This document shows, piece after piece, positions 17,310 to 26,160 of a stretch of DNA of 64,000 bases. A program made the translations under genes and the position numbers. The stretch lies in the NCBI GenBank assembly GCA_029555025.1, contig JAKPTZ010000115.1, positions 24,898 to 88,897 on the forward strand. The letters run 5' to 3'. The notes below the pieces were generated by a model. It was not told the origin of the DNA. It saw nothing but the letters and a program-made list of their open reading frames with translations, and searched no databases. Position 1 is the first letter of the stretch; the number at the start of each line of letters is the position of its first letter. This DNA comes from Deltaproteobacteria bacterium (GTDB lineage: Bacteria; Myxococcota_A; UBA9042; DTJE01).

Positions 17310-20300
17310 ATGCGAACCGGGTCTTCCGGGATGTTGCCGGTCGTTGCGATGGCGTGTCTATTTGTGTCGTCGTGCGGCAGCCATGTGGAGAAGGCCGATA
17401 TCGGGGGCTCCTGCCGGGAAGACTCCGATTGTCAATCCGCCCTCTGTTTCGCAGACGTATGCATCGATCCCCTGGCGGACCAGGATTGGGACGGTCTTTC
17501 GGCGGGCGATGAAGTTGAAATCGGGCTGGATCCGTTTCACCCGGACAGTGATCGCGACGGCATTCCCGACGGCCTGGAAGTGGGCCCCGAGCTTGCGACT
17601 CCGGCGGATTATGACGGGGACGGCGTCATCGACGCTCTTGAGTCCGCTTTTTCGGATTCTGACGGGGACTGCCTTCCGGATCAGTATGATCCTCTCGATG
17701 CGCTCGGGCCGGCCGGCTCAAGTCAGATGGTGCCGGTGCTGTGCATGACAGCCGGGGTCTGCGGGGCCGCAATGAACACCATTGTCGCTACCTGCGACGG
17801 CTCGAAGGTAACGTGCAGCTATGAAGGCGTGCCAGGCTGGAACGCCGCGGAATGGATGTGTGACGGAAAGGACAACAACTGCGACGGTCGAACCGACGAA
17901 GGTTTTCTTCACGAAGGCTTGTCCATCGGACTTCCCTGCCTTGGGGCAGGAAGTTGTGGCCCGGGTATCGTCGAGTGCGATGACTCGGGCTTTTCGACCA
18001 GGTGTTCGTCAAACCCCGGCGCTTCTGGCGACAGATCCATGCCCGAGGTGTGCGACGGTCTCGACAACGATTGCGACGGCTTGACCGACAACGGCATGTC
18101 GTGGAAGGGCGTGCCCCTCGGGGAACGTTGTGACGGCGAAGGCGAGTGCGGCATCGGCAAGGTCGAATGCCTGGCCGACAGGACGGCTTCCTGTTCAACC
18201 ATGAAGGGTGGAAGTCACGAACAGATCCAGGAGGAATCCTGTGACAACCTTGACAACGACTGTGATGGACGAACCGACGAGACATTTTTCGGCAACGCTT
18301 CCGAACTGTGCGTTCCCCGCGGCGTCTGCGCCCTGTTCCCCAACATGATTTCGTTGAAGTGCGAGCAGGGGATCCTGAAATGCGACTTCAGTGCTGTGCC
18401 TGGGTATTCGGGAAGTTCCGAGATGTTCTGTGATGGACAGGATGACGATTGCGACGGGCTGGTTGACGAGGAACTGTCGTTCGCGGTGACCGAACCTGGC
18501 GCCGTGATAAGGCTTCCCGGCCAGTCCTGCGGTTCGGGCGCCTGTGCCGGCGGGGTCGTCACGTGCTCGCCGAGTTCGATGTCCGGCATGTGTTCCACCA
18601 CGCCCCTTGCCGCGCCGGAGAAGTGCGATGGAATCGATGACGACTGCGACGGGTACATAGACAACGGTTTCGCCCTGAGTTGGAAGCCGGCGCTTGAAAC
18701 CATCATGGACAGGGAGCCGCAGGCGCTTGTTTCGTCGCGGATGGCCGTGGTCGAGTATTCCCTGGAGGATCCGCCTGAACCAGGTGAACCGCCTGCCGGC
18801 ATATATGTATGCGGCGGGGCCGTTGGAAGTCCTGAGAACGGTTCGTCCGGGATTTCAAGGCGTTGCTGGCTGTACAGCTTTGATTCGCATCGTTTCGATC
18901 GACTTCCCGACGGGCCCGAAGTCGATTCGGGGGCGATGGTTCATGACAGGGCGGGCGGAAGCCTGCTGATGGTGGGTCGTCTGTTCGCGTCCGGCGAAGT
19001 CGCCGTTTTCCGGATGAACGGAATCGATTTCGGATGGAGCAGGCTGCCCTGGGAACTGGAAAGTGGCGAGGTTCTTGCCGCCGGAGTGGATCCGGTTGAA
19101 AACACCCTGAATATCCTCACGAATGGTGATTCCGGGCTTCTGGTGAGCATGGTCGGGCTGTCCGATGGCTCCGTCCTGACCGTTCAGGCGGGCGAGCGCG
19201 TCTCTGCCGGCTCCTTTGCCGCCGGTTCGCCCTCCGGGGGGTTTGTCCTGTTTCATGCCTGCAACGAGCTTGCCGGCACTGTGGTCGAACATGTCTCGCC
19301 GGACGGGCAGGTCAACGGGCTGCCGCTTGCAGGACAGAGTCCATGCATGTCCTTCGGCGCGGCGGTCATGCCGATCCCGGGACGCATCGTCGCGATTGAG
19401 GGCAGGGCACTTGACGGCTCGGTCCAGGCCACAAGGGAATTCCTGCTGGGCGATGACCTGTGGCACCACGAAAGGATCACGGTTCCCGGCGGCCAGGGAT
19501 CCGTCATGCATCCCGCGATGGCCTCCTCTGGCGACACCGTCTATGCATTTTCCGGGGAGTATGGTGATGGAGGGGCACTGCGGCGTGTGATCCGGCTGGA
19601 TCGCGAATCGACGGAATGGCTGGTTGACAGCTTCGTAAGCGGTCCATCTCCCAGGGCGGGCGGCGTTGCGTTCGTTTCGCGCCTGACGGCGGCGGCCTAT
19701 TTCATTGGCGGCTATTCGGATGAACCGGGCGGGCCTCAGCCAGTCCAGGATGTGTGGAAGATTGATCTGGTCAATCCGCGGATTGGACAGATTGCGGTGT
19801 CGGGCGAACCAGGGGCGGTTATAGGTGCTGCTGCGGCCATCAATGATTCCGGCCAGACCGCCTACATTTTCGGGGGGCTCGATTCGCCGCCGGGGCCCGA
19901 CTCCAGGCCGGTTAGCAGGTTCCTTCGGTTCAACTGCATTCAGTCGAGGTTTGATTCGATTCAGTCGGGGGAAGGCGGTCCGACGGCACGTTATGGACAC
20001 TCGCTTGTCTGGGCCGGTGACAGGTTGCTTCTTTACGGCGGCCTGAACGACACCGGTTTCCTTTCCGATCTCTGGTCCTGGGCTCCGGACGAAGGCTGGA
20101 TCTTCATTGGATATTTCGAACTCAGCTATGGCCACCAGGCGTTCTGGGACAATCCCGGCAAGCGCATGCTGGTCGTCGGGGGCAGGCCAGGTGGGGGCCT
20201 TCGCGCATACTATCCCGCCACATCCACGTGGAAAAGCCTGCTGTCCGGGGTTCTGTTCGATTCGTATGAAGGCCACGGCTGGTTTGACGAGCAATCCGGC

Positions 20301-20522
20301 AGCGTGCTTTATCTTTCATCGACATCCAGCGACGCGGTGGTCGTGACTTTCCTTGAAGACGGGCTTGTCGATCAGGTCATCCCCGGACTGCAGCCGGATT
20401 TGATCGATGCGTTCGTGGTTTATGATCCGTTCGGGCGCCGGGCCATGATGCTCGGTGGCAGGGATCCCTCGAACGGGACCGTCGGAACCGTTTCGCAAAT
20501 CGATCAGTCCTGCGGGCGATGA
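17310..20522 (+). CDS. lipoprotein with thrombospondin-type-3-like Ca-binding repeats, five MopE-type CDGxDNDCDG motifs and a C-terminal Kelch-like propeller
   Basis: ORF 17253..20522; start preferred at 17310 or 17331. Lipobox LFVSSCGS and DxDxDGxxD repeats. Five MopE-type motifs: CDGKDNNCDGRTDEG, CDGLDNDCDGLTDNG, CDNLDNDCDGRTDET, CDGQDDDCDGLVDEE, CDGIDDDCDGYIDNG. Kelch-like ARYGHSLVWAGDRLLLYGG. Confidence 0.8.
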   Translation: MRTGSSGMLPVVAMACLFVSSCGSHVEKADIGGSCREDSDCQSALCFADVCIDPLADQDWDGLSAGDEVEIGLDPFHPDSDRDGIPDGLEVGPELATPADYDGDGVIDALESAFSDSDGDCLPDQYDPLDALGPAGSSQMVPVLCMTAGVCGAAMNTIVATCDGSKVTCSYEGVPGWNAAEWMCDGKDNNCDGRTDEGFLHEGLSIGLPCLGAGSCGPGIVECDDSGFSTRCSSNPGASGDRSMPEVCDGLDNDCDGLTDNGMSWKGVPLGERCDGEGECGIGKVECLADRTASCSTMKGGSHEQIQEESCDNLDNDCDGRTDETFFGNASELCVPRGVCALFPNMISLKCEQGILKCDFSAVPGYSGSSEMFCDGQDDDCDGLVDEELSFAVTEPGAVIRLPGQSCGSGACAGGVVTCSPSSMSGMCSTTPLAAPEKCDGIDDDCDGYIDNGFALSWKPALETIMDREPQALVSSRMAVVEYSLEDPPEPGEPPAGIYVCGGAVGSPENGSSGISRRCWLYSFDSHRFDRLPDGPEVDSGAMVHDRAGGSLLMVGRLFASGEVAVFRMNGIDFGWSRLPWELESGEVLAAGVDPVENTLNILTNGDSGLLVSMVGLSDGSVLTVQAGERVSAGSFAAGSPSGGFVLFHACNELAGTVVEHVSPDGQVNGLPLAGQSPCMSFGAAVMPIPGRIVAIEGRALDGSVQATREFLLGDDLWHHERITVPGGQGSVMHPAMASSGDTVYAFSGEYGDGGALRRVIRLDRESTEWLVDSFVSGPSPRAGGVAFVSRLTAAAYFIGGYSDEPGGPQPVQDVWKIDLVNPRIGQIAVSGEPGAVIGAAAAINDSGQTAYIFGGLDSPPGPDSRPVSRFLRFNCIQSRFDSIQSGEGGPTARYGHSLVWAGDRLLLYGGLNDTGFLSDLWSWAPDEGWIFIGYFELSYGHQAFWDNPGKRMLVVGGRPGGGLRAYYPATSTWKSLLSGVLFDSYEGHGWFDEQSGSVLYLSSTSSDAVVVTFLEDGLVDQVIPGLQPDLIDAFVVYDPFGRRAMMLGGRDPSNGTVGTVSQIDQSCGR

Positions 20523-21565
20523 ATCCAGCACAGCAGTTGCTGCAAAGCCTGATCCACCGAACCCTTCATCGCGACCCGGCCCTTGATGAAAAGCGCGGCG
20601 CCGCCCGGAGTTCCAACGATTGCCGCATCGGCGCCTGCGGCTTCGCCCGGACCGTTCACCACGCATCCCATTACGGCGATAACCAGTTCCGGCGGTTCAC
20701 GGCTTGCGTCCAGTCCCTCAAGGGCCGCCTCGATTCCAGCCGCGATCGATTCGGTGTCCAGGCATGCCCTGCCGCAGGTCGGGCATGCCCGAACCTGAAT
20801 GCCCGGTTTCCGGAGGCCGATTGATTCCAGAATCTGCCTGGCGACCTTGACTTCGGGTAATGGCGAACCTGCAAGCGAAACCCTGATCGTGTCCCCGATT
20901 CCCCGGGAAAGCAGGGCGGCGATGACCGCGGCGGATCGAACCGCCCCCGAGGCCGGTGTGCCGGATTCCGTGACGCCTACATGAAGCGGGACGTCCAGCC
21001 GGGATGCCGCAAGTTCGCAAGCAAGCATGGTTACTGTCGGCGAACTGGACTTCACCGATACAACGATGTCCTCAACCCCCAGTTCCCGCATGTCCGAAAC
21101 GGCCCGCGTGGCAGCTTCGACCAGCACGGTCGCCGGATCTCCGGTTGCCGCCGCCAGGTCCTCGGGAAGGGAGCCCGAGTTGATCCCGATTCTTACGGGG
21201 GTTCCCGTGTCCAGAAGGGCCGCCGCCGTCTCGCGCAGGGCCGCTTTCCCCTTCAGGGTTCCCGGATTGATTCTGATCTTGTCGATGTGGCCGCACATGG
21301 CGATGGCGACCCTGTGATCGAAATGCACATCCGCCACCAGAGGAATGCCGGCCGTCATTTCCCTGACCCTGATGGCCGCCGGCACTGCGTCAAGGCGCGG
21401 AACCGATATCCGGACAATGTCGCACCCGGCAGCGTGCAACTGACGAACCTGAGCGGTTACCGCGTCATGGTCATAGGGATCGGCGTTGCACATGCTCTGG
21501 ATCGATATCGGGGCCCCCCCGCCCATCTCAATTCCGCCGATGTTCACCGTCCTTGTCGAACCCAT
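20504..21565 (-). CDS. ispG: 4-hydroxy-3-methylbut-2-en-1-yl diphosphate synthase (IspG/GcpE)
   Basis: ORF 20504..21622. The start at 21565 (MGSTRTVNIGGIEMGGGAPISIQSM) fits the IspG N-terminus. C-terminal Cys ligands CPTCGR...MGCVVNGPGE. The stop region overlaps the previous gene convergently by 19 nt. Confidence 0.9.
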   Translation of the reverse strand: MGSTRTVNIGGIEMGGGAPISIQSMCNADPYDHDAVTAQVRQLHAAGCDIVRISVPRLDAVPAAIRVREMTAGIPLVADVHFDHRVAIAMCGHIDKIRINPGTLKGKAALRETAAALLDTGTPVRIGINSGSLPEDLAAATGDPATVLVEAATRAVSDMRELGVEDIVVSVKSSSPTVTMLACELAASRLDVPLHVGVTESGTPASGAVRSAAVIAALLSRGIGDTIRVSLAGSPLPEVKVARQILESIGLRKPGIQVRACPTCGRACLDTESIAAGIEAALEGLDASREPPELVIAVMGCVVNGPGEAAGADAAIVGTPGGAALFIKGRVAMKGSVDQALQQLLCWIHRPQD

Positions 21566-21688
21566 CTGAAGACCTCGTGGCGTCAGTCCGACGCATGATC
21601 GGTTCGGCCAATCGTATATCATTTTGCCGGTTGCGTGCCCGCCCCCGACTGGAATATGCTGACCGGTGCCTCATCATCGGGGGCTTTC

Positions 21689-22381
21689 ATGCGCGGTCCC
21701 GCGGTTATCTTCGACCTTGACGACACGCTCTATCCCTCGAATTCATTCGTGGCCGGCGGCATTCGCGCGGTTGCTGTCCTGCTCCGGGATGACGGATTCA
21801 CCGATCCCGATCCTTGCGATGTCCTGATGGAGGTTCTCGAGACCGAAGGTCCATTTTCCCTTTTCGACTCGGCATTTGCACGTCTTGGAGTCCGAAGGAC
21901 GCCTGAACTGGTTTCCAGGCTGGTCGCGGCGTTTCGTGCCCACAGTCCGTCCATATCGCCGTACCCCGGCATCGTTGACCTGCTTTGCTCACTTCGAAAT
22001 CACGGCGTTGGCCTTGGGCTTGTTACCGACGGTTATCCCCAGGTCCAGAGATCCAAGTGGACCGCTCTTGGGCTCGGGCACCTCTTTGACGCGGTGGTTT
22101 TTTGCCGGGACATCGACGGAGGCGACCATCCAAAGCCTGATCCCTTCCCTTTCGCCAGGGCCCACCACCTTCTCGGGGAACCTGATTCCGTTGTCTTCGT
22201 CGGTGACAATCCGTCGGCCGATTTTCCGGCTCCCGATGCTTTTGGCTGGCGCACCGTAAGGGTGTGCTGGCCCGAAGCGACGCACATCCTTGACGGGGAC
22301 ACCGTAATAAACAGGCCGGTTGCCCGAAATGCGGCCGAGCTGCGGGCTATCCTTTCAAGAATCCTCGATTTTCCGTCCTGA
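21689..22381 (+). CDS. HAD-superfamily hydrolase
   Basis: ORF 21635..22381. Start preferred at 21689 (MRGPAVIFDLDDTLY, HAD motif I near the N-terminus), which leaves room for divergent promoters with ispG. Motif IV is FVGDNPSAD. Confidence 0.75.
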   Translation: MRGPAVIFDLDDTLYPSNSFVAGGIRAVAVLLRDDGFTDPDPCDVLMEVLETEGPFSLFDSAFARLGVRRTPELVSRLVAAFRAHSPSISPYPGIVDLLCSLRNHGVGLGLVTDGYPQVQRSKWTALGLGHLFDAVVFCRDIDGGDHPKPDPFPFARAHHLLGEPDSVVFVGDNPSADFPAPDAFGWRTVRVCWPEATHILDGDTVINRPVARNAAELRAILSRILDFPS

Positions 22382-22419
22382 TCCGGATCGGTTGACCTGA
22401 AAAGGTTGTGGAATGGCAA

Positions 22420-23958
22420 TCAGTCCTCGACCGGCAATGGATCGGTGAACGCGGAGAATCCGGGATTCGCGACGGAGCACATGGTGAAGGTTGCCCGATA
22501 GTCAAGGTTGCCGGAAATCTGGATTGGTCTTTTGAGGCTTTCGGTCGATGTCACGAAAACCTCCCGGTCAATCAGGTGCTGCTGGGTCGCGGCGGTAAGC
22601 GGCTGGCCTGATGAATCGCGGATGGCCGTCCCGACAAATGACAGGAAGCGCCCGGACGGGGAAAGCGACATGCTGTCCGGCGACACCGAAATCATTTCCG
22701 GCGCCCCAACCTTTGGAAAGTCCGTGATCTTTCTGAATATGTCCGTAAGATTCGCGTCCGTGCCGATGTCGCTGACGGAGAATGCCAGGATGTTGGTCCA
22801 TGTCTTCCCGGGGGCGCCGTCACAGGTCGATGCCGCGGCGACGATCAGTTCCCGGCCGTCGCGGGAAAGCAGCAGGGGCTGCATGATCGAGGTGTACGGC
22901 CAGTCCCTGTTCAGGTTGTAACATGCGTTTGAAGCGTATCGCGACGGAGTCCTGACCAGCGTCACCGATTCAATTGAACCACTTTCCACGTCCATCTTCG
23001 CCAGCCGGAGTTCGCGCGCGTCGAAGACGTGGGCGAACAGCAGGGTTCGCCCATCCGCTGAAAGGATCGCCGGGATGTCGTCCGAAAGCTGGGGGGCATC
23101 CTGGGAATACATGCACTTGCCCTGAAGGTCAATCGCCTGGCACACCGGTACGCCGGCCTTTCTAAGGCCTGCCTTTTCGTTGAACAGGTAAAATGTCAGG
23201 GATTCAAGTTCCAGATTCTGCAGAACCAGCGTGACACCGTCCGCGCCGAGCCTGAACCTTCCGGTGTAGTTGGAGCTGCCCGCAAGATCCGGCCCCGGGA
23301 ACTCAAACAACTCCTGGATTTCAAAAACGGGATCATCAAGGTCGATCCGACCGAAGCGATAGCAGGTCCGTATTCCGCCATCCTTTGATTCGCAATCATT
23401 TTTTACCCTGGAAACGTAAAGTGACCTTCCCGAAAAGACTGCCTGGCGAACGGCCGGGATCGGCTGCTCCGTAACGATTGTCGGTTGTCCTGTCTCATCG
23501 ATGGCGATAAGCCTGGCGTCCTGTCCCGGTGTGCCGACGCCCGTTGTCGTCGCCACGAGCAGGAAGTTGAGGGCGGGTTCCGTCACGCAGCCCAGGGAGC
23601 AGTCGAGTCCCAGAGGGGCGAGGATCCTTGCGTTAACCTGGAAGTTGTCCTTCCATGCCGGGAAGCCGGGCTGCCCCTCGCCGTCGAGCGGGTTGGAAAT
23701 CCCGAGGTCGCCGGGCCTGTCGCCCGCCGTGGCCGCGTATCCGTAGATAACGCGAAAGTCTTCATCGACCTCGACCGGATCAAGGTTCGGAATGTCAGGG
23801 CCGGCGTCGGTAATCACGGTGTCCGTATCGCCGCCGACATCGCTTTCCGATTCCTGCCCGGCGCACCACGGGGCCGAAACAAGAGTGGCCGTGGCAAGCA
23901 GGAATGTCGGCCATGACGCGACCCTGCGGCCCGAAACGGTGGCAATGCGCTTCCTCAT
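22420..23958 (-). CDS. secreted hypothetical protein (beta-propeller-like)
   Basis: ORF 22420..24072. Start preferred at 23958 (MRKRIATVSGRRVASWPTFLLATATLVSAPWCAG, a signal peptide). Repetitive beta-strand-rich body with SxDG(R/K)xL strings as in TolB-like propellers. Function unknown. Confidence 0.62.
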   Translation of the reverse strand: MRKRIATVSGRRVASWPTFLLATATLVSAPWCAGQESESDVGGDTDTVITDAGPDIPNLDPVEVDEDFRVIYGYAATAGDRPGDLGISNPLDGEGQPGFPAWKDNFQVNARILAPLGLDCSLGCVTEPALNFLLVATTTGVGTPGQDARLIAIDETGQPTIVTEQPIPAVRQAVFSGRSLYVSRVKNDCESKDGGIRTCYRFGRIDLDDPVFEIQELFEFPGPDLAGSSNYTGRFRLGADGVTLVLQNLELESLTFYLFNEKAGLRKAGVPVCQAIDLQGKCMYSQDAPQLSDDIPAILSADGRTLLFAHVFDARELRLAKMDVESGSIESVTLVRTPSRYASNACYNLNRDWPYTSIMQPLLLSRDGRELIVAAASTCDGAPGKTWTNILAFSVSDIGTDANLTDIFRKITDFPKVGAPEMISVSPDSMSLSPSGRFLSFVGTAIRDSSGQPLTAATQQHLIDREVFVTSTESLKRPIQISGNLDYRATFTMCSVANPGFSAFTDPLPVED

Positions 23959-24080
23959 CCGGTCATGCTCCGCGCAATTCAAGGTCAATCTTACCGTTGT
24001 TTGCCATTTGAGTTCCATCTGAAAGGTGATATAATATCGACCCTTTTTCCCCTTTGGCCTTGCGCCTGGCACTGGAGTTT

Positions 24081-25583
24081 ATGACCCTTAACATCACTGA
24101 ACTTGAATCGGTTATCCCGGAGATTCAACTTGCCGTTCGCGGTTCCATTCTTACGGGTGTCGAAAGTCCCGATCAATGGACCTGCATTCTTTCCTTCTCC
24201 AGCGTTGACGGCGGGCCCGTGAAGCGGGTCTTCTTCTCAAGGCGTCCCAGGCTGACCAGGTTAAACCTGCTTCCGGACGGCTGGACCTCGCCCGCGCAGA
24301 ACATCGGTCGCCGGTCAATCGAGGCCGTAAAGTTCGTCGATGCCGTCTCCCGTGCATTGAAGGGCGCCGAGGCGGGTCCGATGAGGACCCGTTTCCGTGA
24401 CCGGGTCGTTTCGATGGAAATGTATCTGCCGAAGGATTCGGGCCGTTCGGACGGGTCGGATGACCAGCCGGTCAGGATGTTCCTGCTTTTCGAATGCACC
24501 GGAATGCATGCGAATCTGTTTCTTCTCGATGAGAGGCAGGTCATTCAGGCAGTGTTCGGGCGTTCGACGTCGCGCAGGCGTCCCCTGGACGTCGGCTGCA
24601 GGTACCAGCAGCCCGCCGAAATCGAAGGGCCCAGGCCTGTCGGGCGGCGTGTCGATGTGATGCGCTTCGTAAGGTCGGACATGTCCCTGGGACATCAGAT
24701 AAGCGAAATGTACGATCCCCTGGATCAGGTTGACGACCGCAAGCGCGAGCTTTCCTCGCTTGCCGAGGAACTGTCGTTCGTGGTCGAGGAAAGGCGCAAG
24801 GTTGCGGAGTCGGTTCGCAGGGATCTGGCCGAGCCGGTTCGTCCGGGGCGGCCTGCGGATCTTCCAGAGCGTCTGCGGGAACGGCTTGACCGCGTCGATT
24901 CAGAGGTGCGCGAGCTTCAGGAACTGCTTCATGGCGTACGCAAGGGCGACGTCAGCGTTTTTGATCGCGCGACGGAACTTGTTACAGAGTACCGCGCGAA
25001 GATCCAGGAAATCGAGCGTCGCAGGGCTGAACGTCCGGCCCGTCCCGACTGGAGGCCGCGTGAAGGCGGATACCAGCGCCGCGACGACTCGCCGCGTCCA
25101 CCCAGGGAAGGCGGTTACAAGCCGCGCGAAGCCGGACACCAGCGCCGCGACGATTCGCCGCGTCCACCCAGGGAAGGCGGTTACAAGCCGCGTGAAGGCG
25201 GATACCAGCGCCGCGAAGATTCGCCGCGTCCACCCAGGGAAGGCGGTTACAAGCCTCGTGAAGGCGGATACCAGCGCCGCGACGATTCGCCGCGTCCACC
25301 CAGGGAAGGCGGATACAAGCCTCGTGAAGGCGGATACCAGCGCCGCGACGATTCGCCGCGTCCACCCAGGGAAGGCGGTTACAAGCCACGCGAAGGCGGA
25401 TACCAGCGCCGCGACGATTCGCCGCGTCCACCCAGGGAAGGCGGTTACAAGCCACGCGAAGGCGGATACCAGCGCCGCGACGACTCGCCGCGTCCACCCA
25501 GGGAAGGTGGTTACAAGCCGCGCGACGGCGGCGCTCGCGGAACGCGGTCGGCTTCGGGCCGCACCGTCAGGCGGTCAAAGTGA
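24081..25583 (+). CDS. NFACT-N (RqcH/FbpA N-terminal) domain protein with coiled coil and R/G/Y/P-rich tandem-repeat tail
   Basis: ORF 24054..25583; start preferred at 24081 (MTLNITELESVIPEI). The block ...DRVVSMEMYL...MFLLFECTGMHANLFLLDERQVIQAVFGRS..RRPLDVGCRYQQP follows the NFACT-N pattern (E.mGrhsNl.L.D....I). A charged helical segment follows, then 7 x 22-aa repeats. I see no NFACT-R/DUF814. Confidence 0.75.
   Translation: MTLNITELESVIPEIQLAVRGSILTGVESPDQWTCILSFSSVDGGPVKRVFFSRRPRLTRLNLLPDGWTSPAQNIGRRSIEAVKFVDAVSRALKGAEAGPMRTRFRDRVVSMEMYLPKDSGRSDGSDDQPVRMFLLFECTGMHANLFLLDERQVIQAVFGRSTSRRRPLDVGCRYQQPAEIEGPRPVGRRVDVMRFVRSDMSLGHQISEMYDPLDQVDDRKRELSSLAEELSFVVEERRKVAESVRRDLAEPVRPGRPADLPERLRERLDRVDSEVRELQELLHGVRKGDVSVFDRATELVTEYRAKIQEIERRRAERPARPDWRPREGGYQRRDDSPRPPREGGYKPREAGHQRRDDSPRPPREGGYKPREGGYQRREDSPRPPREGGYKPREGGYQRRDDSPRPPREGGYKPREGGYQRRDDSPRPPREGGYKPREGGYQRRDDSPRPPREGGYKPREGGYQRRDDSPRPPREGGYKPRDGGARGTRSASGRTVRRSK
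25056..25517. repeat. seven tandem 66-bp coding repeats (unit ccgcgtgaaggcggataccagcgccgcgacgaytcgccgcgtccacccagggaaggcggttacaag; PREGGYQRRDDSPRPPREGGYK)
   Basis: Units counted by eye at 25056, 25122, 25188, 25254, 25320, 25386 and 25452. Each differs from its neighbours by only a few bases. A degenerate partial unit follows. Confidence 0.95.
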
Positions 25584-25629
25584 CCACGTCATCTCCGATT
25601 GATCTTTTTTTTATTAATTTCAGTTTGAA

Positions 25630-26160
25630 TCAGTCGAGGGTCTGCCAGGACTTTCCAAGCGTTCCGTGCTTCACGGAAGTCCGCCGGCTTTCACCGTCCG
25701 GCCCCTTCAGAAGCAGGAAGTAGGTCACGTCAAGGCCATTCCTGCCCTGGCGGGCCTGGCTCGTCGTCACGCTTCCGGTCCAGTTCGCGTACTTGCCGCC
25801 GAGCAGTTTGACCGCGGCACCCTTCGGCACGATTGAAGCGGGCGCGACTGGTGTTGCCGAGCGTGAACCCTTTCTTCGGCGAACTACCGTCTTGTGGCCG
25901 GCAGTCGCCAGGTTGTCGATTGTCAGGAATTTTGATGCCGATTTGGAAAGGCCGCAGTCGGCAAGGGCATCAAGGAAGCTGGATTCTCCATGCGCGCCTT
26001 TGAGGAAGTCGATCAGGTTCCTGATTATCCGGCTTTTGGATCTTCTGGCCTCCGAAAGTTCGGTGAACTGCGCGTCGATGACATTGAAGTCCTCGATGTG
26101 CTTCTTCAGATCCTTCAGATAGACGTCGGCGATGGTGCTTTCAGGAGTATCGGGTTTCAT
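25630..26160 (-). CDS. hypothetical protein (orphan, flanked by AT-rich spacers)
   Basis: ORF 25630..26211; start preferred at 26160 (MKPDTPEST). N-terminal helical half. The C-terminal half, KGAAVKLLGGKYANWTGSVTT, is reminiscent of a KOW/SH3-like motif. No family recognised. Confidence 0.5.
   Translation of the reverse strand: MKPDTPESTIADVYLKDLKKHIEDFNVIDAQFTELSEARRSKSRIIRNLIDFLKGAHGESSFLDALADCGLSKSASKFLTIDNLATAGHKTVVRRRKGSRSATPVAPASIVPKGAAVKLLGGKYANWTGSVTTSQARQGRNGLDVTYFLLLKGPDGESRRTSVKHGTLGKSWQTLD

Noticed and set aside
24064-24080. Sigma-54 promoter-like TGGCAC string (ctggcactggagtttatg).
   Set aside because: The -12 element is TTTAT instead of TTGC. The string also abuts the preferred ATG at 24081, leaving no leader. 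Other TGGCAC occurrences I saw are inside coding regions.
25056-25517. Regular 66-bp repeats as a possible CRISPR array.
   Set aside because: There are no unique spacers, because the units abut directly. The units are in frame within a long ORF and encode a 22-aa peptide repeat. No cas genes are present in the window.
25584-25629. Bidirectional rho-independent terminator between the convergent NFACT-N gene and the orphan gene (T8 run at about 25604-25611).
   Set aside because: Only a 4-bp stem (TGAC/GTCA) precedes the T-run. That is too weak to call without a folding calculation.
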